A DNA stretch of 64,000 nucleotides from Halarcobacter sp. (GTDB lineage: Bacteria > Campylobacterota > Campylobacteria > Campylobacterales > Arcobacteraceae): the NCBI GenBank assembly GCA_048571215.1, contig CP182352.1, positions 3,040,001 through 3,104,000 on the forward strand, given 5' to 3'. The position numbers and the translations under genes are program-made. Positions 39,850 through 50,563 of the stretch are shown piece by piece. The notes beneath the pieces are model-generated. The model was not told the DNA's origin. It saw nothing but the letters and a program-made list of their open reading frames with translations, and made no database searches. The first letter of the stretch is position 1, and each line of letters begins with the position of its first letter.

Positions 39850-40512
39850 TTAACCTTTATTAAATAGTTTATTACTAGTTTTTCTTAATATAAATCTTAA
39901 AATCACAGCTAAAATCAGATACACAATTGTGATGATAAAATAAGACTCAAAACTCAAAAAAGTTCTTGATTGAATAAAGTTAGCAGTAAAAGTTAACTCT
40001 TCTACTGATATTTGAGACAATACAGATGAACCTAACATAACAATAATACATTGACTAATCAAAGCAGGTGAAACTTTTTTAAAAGCTTGTGGTAAAACAA
40101 TATGGATAAAAATTTGAGACCATTTTAATCCCAAAGTTTTTCCAGCTTCCCATTGACCTTTAGAAGTTGATTCAACTCCTGCTCTAATAATTTCTGTAGA
40201 ATATGCACCCAAGTTGATTATCATTGCAATCATCCCAGCTTCCAATGCAGTTAGTTTTATACCAATAGCAGGAAGTCCAAAAAATATAAAAAATAATTGA
40301 ACAATAAAAGGTGTATTTCTAATAACTTCTACAAAAGCTCCTATAAGATTTTGTAAAAATCTATTTTTCCCCACTCTACATGCTGTTCCTATTATTCCTG
40401 CAACTACACCTAAAATAGTTGTAGCTGCAGTGATTTCAATAGTTAACAATATACCATTTAATATATTTTTATAGTATGGTAAGATACCTACAAAATCAAA
40501 TTCATAACTCAT
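39850..40512 (-). CDS. Polar amino acid-type ABC permease
   Basis: RNTPFIVQLFFIFFGLP and GAYSTEIIRAG...GQWEA. Confidence 0.9.
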   Translation of the reverse strand: MSYEFDFVGILPYYKNILNGILLTIEITAATTILGVVAGIIGTACRVGKNRFLQNLIGAFVEVIRNTPFIVQLFFIFFGLPAIGIKLTALEAGMIAMIINLGAYSTEIIRAGVESTSKGQWEAGKTLGLKWSQIFIHIVLPQAFKKVSPALISQCIIVMLGSSVLSQISVEELTFTANFIQSRTFLSFESYFIITIVYLILAVILRFILRKTSNKLFNKG

Positions 40513-40521
40513 ACTAAATTC

Positions 40522-41301
40522 TTATAAATCTTTTGGTAAATCTATCTTTAACCATTTTTGAGAAGTTTTATTTAACTCTCCATTAGTTTTTAATTCACTA
40601 ATTAAGCCATTTAAAAACGCTTTTAATTCTGGTTGTTTTTTATTTATACCAACATAACATGGTGAATTTTTAATTGAAAATTTTGTTTCAGGAGCTACAT
40701 CTGGGTATTTATTTGCAATTTCACTAATGATTAGATTTCCTGTTGCTATAAGTTTAACTTGACCAGATACATATGCAGAGATTGTTGTATTATTATCTTC
40801 AAATCTTTTAATTGTAACATCTGAACCAACTAATTTACTCAACTCTAAATCCTCAACTGAACCTCTTGTAACACCGATAGTTTTACCACTTAAATCCTTT
40901 GCTGAACTTACTGCAACATCTTTAGAACCAAATACACCTAAAAAGAAAGGAGCATATGCATCAGTAAAATCAATAACTCTTTCCCTTTCAGGATTTTTAC
41001 CTAAACTTGAGATAATCAAATCAGCTTTACCAGTTTTTAAATATGGGATTCTATTTGCACTTGTAACAGGAATAAGTTTTAACTTAACCCCTAATTTGTC
41101 AGCAATATATTTTGCCATATCAATATCATAACCTTGAACACTCATATCTTTTGAAGCTGAACCAAAAGGTGGAAAATCTTGAGGTACTGCAACTTTTATA
41201 ACTTTTGCAGATTTAATATCCTCTAATTGATTTGCACTTAATAAACTTGTAGTTACCAATGCACCTAACGCTAAAACCTTTAATAGACTCTTTTTAAACA
41301 T
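40522..41301 (-). CDS. ABC substrate-binding protein (family 3), resembling those of enterobacterial hpx purine-catabolism clusters
   Basis: VAVPQDFPPFGS, GYDIDMA, PVTSANRIPYL, ISSLGKNPERERVIDF and YAPFFLGVFG. Confidence 0.85.
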   Translation of the reverse strand: MFKKSLLKVLALGALVTTSLLSANQLEDIKSAKVIKVAVPQDFPPFGSASKDMSVQGYDIDMAKYIADKLGVKLKLIPVTSANRIPYLKTGKADLIISSLGKNPERERVIDFTDAYAPFFLGVFGSKDVAVSSAKDLSGKTIGVTRGSVEDLELSKLVGSDVTIKRFEDNNTTISAYVSGQVKLIATGNLIISEIANKYPDVAPETKFSIKNSPCYVGINKKQPELKAFLNGLISELKTNGELNKTSQKWLKIDLPKDL

Positions 41302-41317
41302 ATCTAATCCTTTAAAA

Positions 41318-41555
41318 TTGTTGACACTTTAAATATCTAAATCAATGATTGTAAACAATTAAAGCTAATCATGAAAGCATTTTAAACTATTGAAAATAAA
41401 TTGTCAACACTATAATTGTATGTAAAATATACAATATTAAACAATTTTCAGCCTTAAACTACTATTTTATGGAAATATTTCCATTTTTAAATTTTAAATA
41501 TGGATAATTTTTATACAATATTTTTATTGAATTATTGTAGACAATTAAGTATAAT
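41318..41555. promoter_or_regulatory. Divergent promoter region with multiple TTGT-NN-ACAA (GntR/FadR-type) operators
   Basis: TTGTTGACAC at 41318, TTGTAAACAA at 41349, TTGTCAACAC at 41401, TTGTAGACAA at 41535. The last lies between TTGAAT (41527) and TATAAT (41550), which are 17 nt apart. Confidence 0.7.
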
Positions 41556-41581
41556 TGTAGAATATGTTTGAAGGAGAATAG

Positions 41582-42256
41582 ATGAATGATTATTTAAATG
41601 ATGAGGTTTCTGTAGAAGAAACACTTATCAATAGTATATATGATCAAATATTTGATAAGAAGTTACATCCTGGGGCTAAAATATCTGAAAGTGTTTATGC
41701 AAAAGAGTTTAGTGTTAGTAGAGATGTAGTTAGAAAAGCCTTTAGTCAACTTCAAAGTATAGGAATTTTAACACATAAAAAAAATCAAGGTTTCTTTCTA
41801 AGATGGTTAAGTGAAGAAGAGACTAGAGAACTATTTCTTGCAAGAATCACAATTGAAACTGGCATTGTTGCTTCAGTTACACAAAAATATGCATTAGGTG
41901 AGATTGATTTATCATCATTAAAAGAAGAGGTTGATGCAGAAAAATTCTATAAAGTATCACTTAGAAACGGAGAATATGTAAGAACTTCATGTAATTTTCA
42001 TTTAAATTTAGCACTACTTTCTGGAAATGATTTTTTAATAGATGCTCTTAAACCTTTGATAACACTAAGTACACTAGCTGGACTTGTTTATGATGATGAT
42101 ACTTCACCTTTTTGTTCATATGATGAACATGATGAACTAATAAGAGCAATAAAAACAAAAGATATAGAGTCAGCAAAAAGTTTCATGAATTATCATTTGC
42201 ATAATTGTGTAAAAGCCTTTGATTTTAACATTGATGATAAAAAAGAAAAAAAATGA
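41582..42256 (+). CDS. GntR-family regulator (HTH + FCD domain)
   Basis: LHPGAKISE...FSVSRDVVRKAF..L...G, then FH..LA..SGN and EH..LI.AI...D...A...M..HL. Confidence 0.9.
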   Translation: MNDYLNDEVSVEETLINSIYDQIFDKKLHPGAKISESVYAKEFSVSRDVVRKAFSQLQSIGILTHKKNQGFFLRWLSEEETRELFLARITIETGIVASVTQKYALGEIDLSSLKEEVDAEKFYKVSLRNGEYVRTSCNFHLNLALLSGNDFLIDALKPLITLSTLAGLVYDDDTSPFCSYDEHDELIRAIKTKDIESAKSFMNYHLHNCVKAFDFNIDDKKEKK

Positions 42257-43179
42257 AAGACTCATTTGAAAACTACCCAAGGGATATGATAGGTTATGCA
42301 AATAACCCAATAAATCCAAAATGGCCAAATAATGCAAAAGTAGCTTTACAATTTGTTTTAAACTACGAAGAGGGAGCAGAAAACTGCATCTTACATGGGG
42401 ATGAAGCAAGTGAAATATTTTTATCAGAGATGAATAATCCCCAAGCTTTTTATAATCAAAGACACAAATCTATGGAATCATTGTATGAATATGGTTCTAG
42501 AGTTGGGGTTTGGAGAATCTTGGAACTTTTCAAAGATTTTGATATCCCTCTTACAATCTTTGCTGTTGCTATGGCTTTGCAAAGAAATCCTAAACTTGCT
42601 GAATACCTTGCCCTTAACAATTATGATATATGCTCCCATGGATATAGATGGATAAACTACCAAACAATTGAAGAATCTATTGAAAGGGATCACCTTTATA
42701 AAAGTATTGAAGTATTAGAGAAAATGATTGGAACTAGACCACTTGGTTGGTATACAGGACGGGATAGTGAAAATACAAGAAAACTAGTAGTTCAAGAGGG
42801 TGGTTTCTTATATGATAGTGATGCATATAATGATGATTTACCATATTTTGCACCAGAAATTACAACAAAAGAACATCTTGTAATTCCATATACAATGGAT
42901 AATAATGATATGAGATTTGTTTTTGGAGGATTTTCTTATAGTGACCAGTTTTACAACTACCTAAAAGATAGTTTTGATACTTTATACCTTGAAGGAAGTA
43001 AAACTCCTAAAATGATGTCTATAGGGATGCATTGTAGAATTTTAGGGAAACCTGGAAGAATCATGGCTATGAGAAGATTTTTAGAGTATGTAAAAGGTTT
43101 TGATGATGTTTGGTTTGCAACAAGAGGTGATATTGCAAACCATTGGATAGATAATTTTAGTAATAAGGGAACAAAATGA
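42253..43179 (+). CDS. puuE: Allantoinase PuuE (polysaccharide deacetylase fold)
   Basis: YPRDMIGY, QFVLNYEEGAENCILHGD..SE.FLSE, SMESLYEYGSRVG.WR, GWYTGR and PKMMSIGMHCR. Confidence 0.93.
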   Translation: MKDSFENYPRDMIGYANNPINPKWPNNAKVALQFVLNYEEGAENCILHGDEASEIFLSEMNNPQAFYNQRHKSMESLYEYGSRVGVWRILELFKDFDIPLTIFAVAMALQRNPKLAEYLALNNYDICSHGYRWINYQTIEESIERDHLYKSIEVLEKMIGTRPLGWYTGRDSENTRKLVVQEGGFLYDSDAYNDDLPYFAPEITTKEHLVIPYTMDNNDMRFVFGGFSYSDQFYNYLKDSFDTLYLEGSKTPKMMSIGMHCRILGKPGRIMAMRRFLEYVKGFDDVWFATRGDIANHWIDNFSNKGTK

Positions 43180-44162
43180 TAAATGTTGCAAGTTGTGAAT
43201 TAGGTGCAGAAGTAATATACACAACAGATGAATTCTTTGCAAAGGCAAATAGAATTCTACAAGAAACAGAAGCTGTATTTAAAGATGAGTTTGATGATAA
43301 CGGACATTGGATGGATGGCTGGGAGACTAGAAGAAGAAGAGAGCCTGGAAATGATCATTGTATTATCAAACTGGGGAACCTATCAAAAATCAACTCATTT
43401 TTAGTTGACACCTCACACTTTAGAGGGAACTATCCTTTAGCAATCTCAATCAAAGGATGTTGTGTAAGAAATAAAGATGATAAAACATTTTTAGATGATA
43501 TCAATAGTGTTGAATGGATTGAACTTTTAACTCAAAGTGATTTAAAAGGGGATACAAAACACAATTTTAATTCCCTTTCTCAAACTGAATTAACTCATTT
43601 AAGAGTAGATATTTACCCAGATGGAGGAATAGCAAGATTTAAAGCCTTCGGTGAAATCTGTTTTGATGAAAAACTATATGAACAAGAAAATATCAATGTA
43701 CTCTCTATGAGAAATGGAGCAAGGGCAGTTTATACAAACAATGAGTTTTTTGGGTCTTTAAGAAATATATTAAAAGATGAAGAAGCTATTAATATGGGTG
43801 ATGGTTGGGAGACTAGAAGAAGAAGAAAACCAGGTTTTGATTGGGGTATCATAGAATTGCCTAAACCTGCAATTATTGAAAAAATAGTAGTTGATACAAA
43901 ATTTTTTAAAGGTAATTATGCAGACTCATTTTCTATATGTTCATCTTATATGAAAGATTCAACTGATGATTCTATAATAACCCAAAGTATGTTTTGGGAA
44001 GAGTTAATCTCACAACAAAAACTGGATATGGATAAAAAGCATTATTTTGAAAAAGATATTTTAAAACACAATAAATCAATAACTCATATTAGAATTAATA
44101 TCTTCCCTGATGGTGGATTATCAAGATTGAAACTATTTGGTAAGTTTATAAAAGAAGCTTAA
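43176..44162 (+). CDS. alc: Allantoicase
   Basis: Two DGWETRRRR repeats, DTSHFRGNY/DTKFFKGNY and PDGG.AR/SR. Confidence 0.95.
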   Translation: MINVASCELGAEVIYTTDEFFAKANRILQETEAVFKDEFDDNGHWMDGWETRRRREPGNDHCIIKLGNLSKINSFLVDTSHFRGNYPLAISIKGCCVRNKDDKTFLDDINSVEWIELLTQSDLKGDTKHNFNSLSQTELTHLRVDIYPDGGIARFKAFGEICFDEKLYEQENINVLSMRNGARAVYTNNEFFGSLRNILKDEEAINMGDGWETRRRRKPGFDWGIIELPKPAIIEKIVVDTKFFKGNYADSFSICSSYMKDSTDDSIITQSMFWEELISQQKLDMDKKHYFEKDILKHNKSITHIRINIFPDGGLSRLKLFGKFIKEA

Positions 44163-44171
44163 AGAGTTTTT

Positions 44172-44690
44172 ATGGAACTAAATTTAAAACCAAAACCATT
44201 AAATACAAAAGAGTTTAAAAAATTTGGAAAAATAATTAGCATAGAGAATAATCAATCAAAAACTATAAATAATGGCTATGCAAAAAAGTATTATGAATTA
44301 ACAACTATAGATTCAAATGAAAAAAATGGACAAACTGCATTACATATCTATCTTGCAAAAAAAAGAGAATTTCCTTTAGAAATAGATATGTTAGAGAAAC
44401 ACCCATATTTTTCACAAACCTTTATCCCAAGGGGTACAAATCCTTTTCTTTTGGTAGTCGCACTAGGAGAGAATCAACCAGATTTATCCACAATCGAAGC
44501 CTTTGTAACAAATGGAAATGAAGGAGTTCACTACAATAGGGGAGTTTGGCATTTCCCACTAATAAGTATAGAAGATAATGAACAATTTATAGTTATAGAT
44601 AGAACAGATAATCATATAAAAGAGAATTCAATAGAGGAGTGTATTGAGTTTTCTATAAAAAATAAAAAAATCAATTTACAAAAGGTATAA
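44172..44690 (+). CDS. allA: Ureidoglycolate lyase, copy 2
   Basis: INNG, MLEKHPYFSQTFIP, EGVHYNRGVWH and FIVIDR. Confidence 0.92.
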   Translation: MELNLKPKPLNTKEFKKFGKIISIENNQSKTINNGYAKKYYELTTIDSNEKNGQTALHIYLAKKREFPLEIDMLEKHPYFSQTFIPRGTNPFLLVVALGENQPDLSTIEAFVTNGNEGVHYNRGVWHFPLISIEDNEQFIVIDRTDNHIKENSIEECIEFSIKNKKINLQKV

Positions 44691-44691
44691 A

Positions 44692-46848
44692 ATGTATAAA
44701 ATAGTAGGCAAGTTACAAGTAGAAGAATCTCTTTATGAATTAATCAATGAAGAGATTTTACCAATAACAACAATCTCTAAAGAGCTTTTTTGGAAAAACT
44801 TTGAAAATATTATTGAGGAATTGACACCTGAAAATAAAGCCTTATTAAAAAAAAGAGATGCTTTTCAAACACTAATTGATTCATGGCATATAAATAATAA
44901 ATATGATGAAAATAGTTTTAGTGAATATAAAAACTTTTTAAAGCAGATTGCTTATTTAGTTGAGGAAAAAAAGGATTTCAAAGTTGAAACTTCAAATGTA
45001 GATGAAGAGATAAAACTTCAAGCGGGACCACAACTTGTGGTACCTGTAAAAAATGCTAGATTTGCTTTAAATGCTGCAAATGCTAGATGGGGAAGTTTAT
45101 ACGATGCTTTATATGGAACAAATGTAATCCCTACAAATGGTGAATTAGCTATCACAAAAGAGTACAATAAAAAAAGAGGGGAAGCAGTTGTAAACTATGC
45201 AAAAGAGCATTTAGATACAGTTGCTCCTTTAAAAGAGGGAAGTCACAAAGATGCAAGATTTTATAAGATTGTAGATAACAAATTAGAAATTGTTCTTGAA
45301 AATATTACGACTACTTTAAAAGATGATTCAAAATTTGTTGCATACGAAGGGGAGAAAGAAAACCCTAGATCAATAGTTTTTAAAAACAACAACCTTCATG
45401 TAATAGTTGAGTTTGATAAAGATAGCTTTATTGGAAAACTTGATATTGCAGGGGTAAAAGATATAGTTGTAGAAGCTGCTGTTTCTACTATTATGGATTG
45501 TGAAGACTCTATTGCTGCAGTGGATGCCCAAGATAAAGTTGAAGTTTATAGAAACTGGTTCGGTCTTATGAAAGGTGACTTAGAAGATAGCTTTGAAAAG
45601 GGTGGAAAAACAGTTACTAGAAAACTAAATAGTGATAAAAAATATAAAACTTTGGATAACAAAGAGTTAACTTTGCATGGAAGAAGTCTTTTATTTATAA
45701 GAAATGTTGGTCACCTTATGACAAATCCAGCTATTTTGGATAAAGATGGAAATGAAGTATTTGAAGGGATTATGGATTGTATGCTTACAACTTTAGCTGC
45801 AATTCCTGATTTAACTAATAAAAATGAGAAAAAAAATAGTAGAACAAAATCTATGTATATAGTAAAACCAAAAATGCACGGACCAGAGGAGGTTGCCTTT
45901 GCCGTTAAACTATTTGATAAAGTTGAAAAAGCTCTAAATCTTCCCAAAAACACTATAAAAATTGGTATTATGGATGAGGAGAGAAGAACAACTATAAACC
46001 TAAAAGAGTGTATTAGACAAGCTACTAAAAGAGTTGTATTCATCAACACAGGATTCTTAGATAGAACAGGTGATGAGATTCATACTTCAATGTTAGCTGG
46101 TGCCATGACACCAAAAACAAAGATGAAAAGTGAAACTTGGATAAAAGCTTATGAAACTTGGAATGTTGATATTGGTTTGGAGTGTGGACTTCAAGGTTTC
46201 TCTCAAATTGGAAAAGGGATGTGGGCTATGCCAGATGAGATGGCTAAAATGATGGATGAAAAAATATCCCACCCAAAATCAGGAGCAAATACTGCTTGGG
46301 TTCCCTCTCCTACAGCTGCAACTTTACACTCTATTCACTACCATAAAGTTGATGTATTTAGTATCCAAAATAAACTTAAAGGGAAAAGAAGAGCAAGTGT
46401 AGATGAGCTTTTAACTATTCCATTACTAAAAGAGACTTTATCAAAAGAGACAATCAAAAATGAGATTGATAACAACTGCCAAAGTATCTTAGGATATGTT
46501 GTAAGATGGATTGATGCAGGGATTGGATGTTCAAAAGTTCCAGATATAAATAATGTAGCACTAATGGAAGATAGGGCAACACTTAGAATCTCTTCTCAAC
46601 ATTTAGCAAACTGGATTGAGCATAAAATCACTTCAAAAGAGGAAGTGTTGGAATCTTTAAAACAGATGGCAAAAGTTGTTGATAAACAAAATGAAAATGA
46701 CTCAAGTTATATAAATATGGCACCTTCATATGATGGATATGCCTTTAAAGCAGCTTGTGCACTTATTTTTGAAGGCAAAGAGCAAGCATCAGGTTATACT
46801 GAACCTCTTTTACATAAATATAGAAGAGAATATAAAGAAAATATTTAA
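44692..46848 (+). CDS. glcB: Malate synthase G
   Basis: AGPQLVVP, ALNAANARWGSLYDALYGT, IMDCEDS, YIVKPKMHGP, FINTGFLDRTGDEIHT and LMEDRATLRISSQ. Confidence 0.96.
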   Translation: MYKIVGKLQVEESLYELINEEILPITTISKELFWKNFENIIEELTPENKALLKKRDAFQTLIDSWHINNKYDENSFSEYKNFLKQIAYLVEEKKDFKVETSNVDEEIKLQAGPQLVVPVKNARFALNAANARWGSLYDALYGTNVIPTNGELAITKEYNKKRGEAVVNYAKEHLDTVAPLKEGSHKDARFYKIVDNKLEIVLENITTTLKDDSKFVAYEGEKENPRSIVFKNNNLHVIVEFDKDSFIGKLDIAGVKDIVVEAAVSTIMDCEDSIAAVDAQDKVEVYRNWFGLMKGDLEDSFEKGGKTVTRKLNSDKKYKTLDNKELTLHGRSLLFIRNVGHLMTNPAILDKDGNEVFEGIMDCMLTTLAAIPDLTNKNEKKNSRTKSMYIVKPKMHGPEEVAFAVKLFDKVEKALNLPKNTIKIGIMDEERRTTINLKECIRQATKRVVFINTGFLDRTGDEIHTSMLAGAMTPKTKMKSETWIKAYETWNVDIGLECGLQGFSQIGKGMWAMPDEMAKMMDEKISHPKSGANTAWVPSPTAATLHSIHYHKVDVFSIQNKLKGKRRASVDELLTIPLLKETLSKETIKNEIDNNCQSILGYVVRWIDAGIGCSKVPDINNVALMEDRATLRISSQHLANWIEHKITSKEEVLESLKQMAKVVDKQNENDSSYINMAPSYDGYAFKAACALIFEGKEQASGYTEPLLHKYRREYKENI

Positions 46849-46864
46849 ATAATCAGTGAATACT

Positions 46865-46893
46865 TTGTATACAATTGATAAAATTATTAAACT
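46865..46893 (+). promoter_or_regulatory. Urease promoter with a perfect TTGTATACAA palindrome over the -35
   Basis: TTGTATACAA at 46865-46874. TTGTAT-17 nt-TAAACT (46888). Confidence 0.55.
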
Positions 46894-46935
46894 AGAAATT
46901 TTAGATAAACTATAAATAAAAAAAGGAGGCATTTA

Positions 46936-47619
46936 ATGTTCTTAACCAATCGTGAACAAGAGAAGTTAATGATATATACTGCATCTAAACTTGCTTGGGA
47001 AAGAAAAGAAAGAGGATTGAAACTTAACTATCCTGAAGCTGTTGCAATTATCAGCTCTTTTATCCTTGAAGGTGCAAGAGATGGTAATAGTGTTGCCCAA
47101 CTCATGGTTGATGCCACAAAAGTATTAGGTGAAGATGATGTTATGCCTGGAGTTGCTTCTATGATGCATATGGTGCAAACAGAAGCTACTTTCGATGATG
47201 GAACTAAACTTGTAACAGTTCATAATCCTATACCTGTAAAACAATCAAAAATAACTCCAGGTGAATATTTCATAGATGAGGGTGAAATTGAGTTAAATAA
47301 AGATAAAGAAGTAACTGAAATTGAAGTTGAAAATATTGGTGATAGACCTATTCAAGTTGGCTCACACTACCACTTCTTTGAGGTTAATGCCTTTTTAGAG
47401 TTTGACAGAAAAAAAGCTTATGGAAAAAGATTAAATATCCCAGCAGGAACCTCTGTTAGGTTTGAACCTGGTTCTTCAAAAACAATTAGTTTAGTTGAGT
47501 TTTCAGGGGAGCGATATATCAGTGGATTTAATGGTTTAGTTGAAGGATTCTTAGATAAGAAAAAAACTAAAGAGAAAGCAATGAAAAAGCTAGATAAATT
47601 TTTAGCAAATAGAAAATAA
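46936..47619 (+). CDS. ureA: Urease gamma-beta fusion subunit (Helicobacter-type UreA)
   Basis: [19 protein letters not shown] and [14 protein letters not shown] (gamma) fused to PGE...[15 protein letters not shown]...[15 protein letters not shown] (beta). Confidence 0.96.
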   Translation: MFLTNREQEKLMIYTASKLAWERKERGLKLNYPEAVAIISSFILEGARDGNSVAQLMVDATKVLGEDDVMPGVASMMHMVQTEATFDDGTKLVTVHNPIPVKQSKITPGEYFIDEGEIELNKDKEVTEIEVENIGDRPIQVGSHYHFFEVNAFLEFDRKKAYGKRLNIPAGTSVRFEPGSSKTISLVEFSGERYISGFNGLVEGFLDKKKTKEKAMKKLDKFLANRK

Positions 47620-47637
47620 CGCTTGTAAGGAATTATC

Positions 47638-49347
47638 ATGTATAAAATATCAAAAGAAAAATATGCATCAATGTATGGACCAACAACTAATGATAGATTT
47701 AGATTAGCAGATACAAGTTTAATTGCAAAAATTGAAAAAGATTTTACTATTTATGGGGAAGAATCTAAGTTTGGTGGGGGAAAAACTGTAAGAGATGGTA
47801 TGAGTCAATCACCAACAGCAGGCAAAGAGGTTGCTGATTTGATTATCACCAATGCCATAATTATCGATTATACAGGTATCGTAAAAGGCGATATTGGTAT
47901 CAAAGATGGGAAAATCTCTGCAATAGGAAAATCTGGGAACCCTAATAACTGTGATGGGATAACAGCTGGGCTTGAAATAGGAGCAAATACAGAAATCCTT
48001 TCAGCTGAAGGTAAAATTATTACAGCAGGTGGAATTGATTCACATATTCATTTTATAAGTCCTGGTCAAATAGACGAAGCTCTAACAAGTGGAGTAACCA
48101 CTATGATTGGTGGAGGAACAGGACCAAATACTGGAACAAATGCAACAACTTGTACTCCTGGGAAATGGAATATCACCAAGATGATTGAAGCAGTTGATGA
48201 TTTACCTTTAAATTTTGGATTTATGGGAAAAGGAAACAGCTCAAACTATGATGCCCTTAAAATTCAAATTGAAGGTGGAGCTATGGGGCTTAAACTTCAC
48301 GAAGATTGGGGAACTACACCAAAAGCTATTGATACTTGTCTAAAGGTTGCAGATGATTATGATGTGCAAGTTGCTATTCATACAGATACTTTAAATGAAT
48401 CTGGATTTGTAGATAGTACAGTTGATGCCTTTGGTGGAAGAACTATTCACACTTTCCATAGTGAAGGAGCAGGTGGTGGTCATGCACCTGATATTATGAA
48501 AGTTGCAGGTTTAAAAAATATTTTACCATCAAGTACAAATCCAACCTTGCCTTATACAAAAAATACAATAGAAGAACACCTTGATATGCTTATGGTTTGT
48601 CACCATTTAAGTCCAAAAATTCCAGAAGATGTAAGTTTTGCAGAGAGTAGAATTAGAGGAAAAACTATTGCTGCTGAAGATGTACTTCATGATATGGGTG
48701 CTATATCTATAACAAGTTCAGATTCACAAGCTATGGGTAGAGTTGGTGAAGTTATTATTAGAACTTGGCAAGTTGCTGATTCTATGAAAAAACAAAGAGG
48801 TGCCTTAGAAGGTGATGATGAACTTTGTGATAATGAAAGAATCAAAAGATATATAGCAAAATATACAATAAATCCTGCAATTGCTTGTGGAATTGATACC
48901 CATGTGGGAAGTGTAGAGGTGGGGAAAATGGCTGATTTAGTTCTTTGGACACCTGCATTTTTTGGAGTAAAACCAGAGATCATTATAAAAGGTGGATTTA
49001 TAGCACAAGCAATGATGGGTGATAGTAATGCCTCTATTCCAACACCTGAACCAAATATGTATAGACCAATGTTTGGAAGTCTTGGACGTGCAAGTGCCAA
49101 TACAAGTGCTATCTTTGTTTCACACAAGGCAATTGACAATGGGATTGAAGAAAAACTAAATGTAAATAAGGTATTTTTACCAGTAGAAAACACAAGAAAT
49201 ATTGGTAAAAAAGATATGAAATTAAATAACTTTATAGGAAATATTGAAATTGACCCAGAAACCTATGATGTAAAAGTAGATGGAAAATTAATAGAATCAA
49301 ATTATCAAACAAATCTACCTATGGCAAAAAGGTATTTCTTGTTTTAG
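47638..49347 (+). CDS. ureC: Urease catalytic (alpha) subunit
   Basis: [45 protein letters not shown] and [12 protein letters not shown]. Confidence 0.97.
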   Translation: MYKISKEKYASMYGPTTNDRFRLADTSLIAKIEKDFTIYGEESKFGGGKTVRDGMSQSPTAGKEVADLIITNAIIIDYTGIVKGDIGIKDGKISAIGKSGNPNNCDGITAGLEIGANTEILSAEGKIITAGGIDSHIHFISPGQIDEALTSGVTTMIGGGTGPNTGTNATTCTPGKWNITKMIEAVDDLPLNFGFMGKGNSSNYDALKIQIEGGAMGLKLHEDWGTTPKAIDTCLKVADDYDVQVAIHTDTLNESGFVDSTVDAFGGRTIHTFHSEGAGGGHAPDIMKVAGLKNILPSSTNPTLPYTKNTIEEHLDMLMVCHHLSPKIPEDVSFAESRIRGKTIAAEDVLHDMGAISITSSDSQAMGRVGEVIIRTWQVADSMKKQRGALEGDDELCDNERIKRYIAKYTINPAIACGIDTHVGSVEVGKMADLVLWTPAFFGVKPEIIIKGGFIAQAMMGDSNASIPTPEPNMYRPMFGSLGRASANTSAIFVSHKAIDNGIEEKLNVNKVFLPVENTRNIGKKDMKLNNFIGNIEIDPETYDVKVDGKLIESNYQTNLPMAKRYFLF

Positions 49348-49398
49348 AAGACAAACTCATTTGTCCCTTTAAAATGGGACATTTTAAAGGAACTAAAG

Positions 49399-49833
49399 AT
49401 GATTAAAAAAGCAATAGAGATAAAAAGAGATATTAAAGCTGATGATGAAGTAAAACTTGATTGGTTTGATATGCAAAAACCAAATTTATGTGCTATTACA
49501 AATAAAGAGGTTGAGTTTATTGTAAAAGCAAAATATACACACCTTCATGAAGGGGATGTTTTAGTTTGTGAAGATGGTTATAGTATTAGTGTTCAAAAAA
49601 GTGAAGATGAGATTTATATTTTAAAATTCCAAGATCATATAACTTTTGCAAGAATTGCTTATGAGGTTGGTAACCGTCATCAGCCTGTTTGTATAGAAGA
49701 TTTTAAAATTACTGTTTTAAATGATATTTCACTGCAAGATATTATAAAAGCTTGCGAATCTATAGATAAGGTTGAAGTTACTAAAACAAAAGCAATCTTT
49801 AAACCAAATGGGAATGCACACCATTCACACTAA
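49399..49833 (+). CDS. ureE: Urease accessory protein UreE
   Basis: LHEGDVL, AYEVGNRH and short HHSH tail. Confidence 0.9.
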   Translation: MIKKAIEIKRDIKADDEVKLDWFDMQKPNLCAITNKEVEFIVKAKYTHLHEGDVLVCEDGYSISVQKSEDEIYILKFQDHITFARIAYEVGNRHQPVCIEDFKITVLNDISLQDIIKACESIDKVEVTKTKAIFKPNGNAHHSH

Positions 49834-50510
49834 TGAAAAATATTAAAGGTTTAAGTAGATTTTTACAGATTTTAGACTCAGTATTTCCCTCTGGGGCTTT
49901 TGTTCACTCATTTGGCTTAGAACCCCATATAGTTTTACAAAAGGTGAAAGATGAACAAAGTCTAAAAAATTATTTAGAAAATCTAATAATCGATCAATAT
50001 CAAAAAATGGAGTTTTGCGCTGTTGATAAAGTTTATAAATTTTTAGAAAGTAAAAACTTAGATTTTCTTATTAAAGAGGATGAAAAATACTCTTGCATGT
50101 TAAATTTTGAGTATGCAAAAGCTTCAAAAGATTTGGGTCAAAACTATTTAAAACAGTTAAACTTTGATATTAAAAATAGCTTGATAAAGGATTATTTTGA
50201 ACTTGTAAAACAAAATAAATCTTTTGGAAATGAGATTTTTATTTTAAGTGCATATGCCTATGACTTAGGCTTAGATAAGCAAACTTTTTTACTTTTATGG
50301 ACAAAAAAGAGTTTAATAAATATTGCAAGTAGTAGCTTGAAAATATCAAGAATCAAACCCTCAAGTATCCAAAAAATACTTTTTGAGTTTGATGAAAAGA
50401 TTGAGAAACTTATTAAAAGTGATAGAAAAAGACTTAGCAACTTTAACCCACTTTTTGAAGAAGTGATTTTAAGCCATTTAAATCTAGAACCAAAGATGTT
50501 TGTTACTTAA
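49833..50510 (+). CDS. ureF: Urease accessory protein UreF
   Basis: LQILDSVFPSGAFVHSFGLE and C-terminal H..L..KMF. Confidence 0.9.
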   Translation: MKNIKGLSRFLQILDSVFPSGAFVHSFGLEPHIVLQKVKDEQSLKNYLENLIIDQYQKMEFCAVDKVYKFLESKNLDFLIKEDEKYSCMLNFEYAKASKDLGQNYLKQLNFDIKNSLIKDYFELVKQNKSFGNEIFILSAYAYDLGLDKQTFLLLWTKKSLINIASSSLKISRIKPSSIQKILFEFDEKIEKLIKSDRKRLSNFNPLFEEVILSHLNLEPKMFVT

Positions 50511-50563
50511 ATAAAAATTTTTATCAACTTAGATATATTTTATAGAATTTTAAAAGGAAAATA

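Noticed and set aside
19108..46936. Mobile element boundaries for the inserted catabolic blocks
   Set aside because: No transposase, integrase, tRNA or flanking direct repeats were found.
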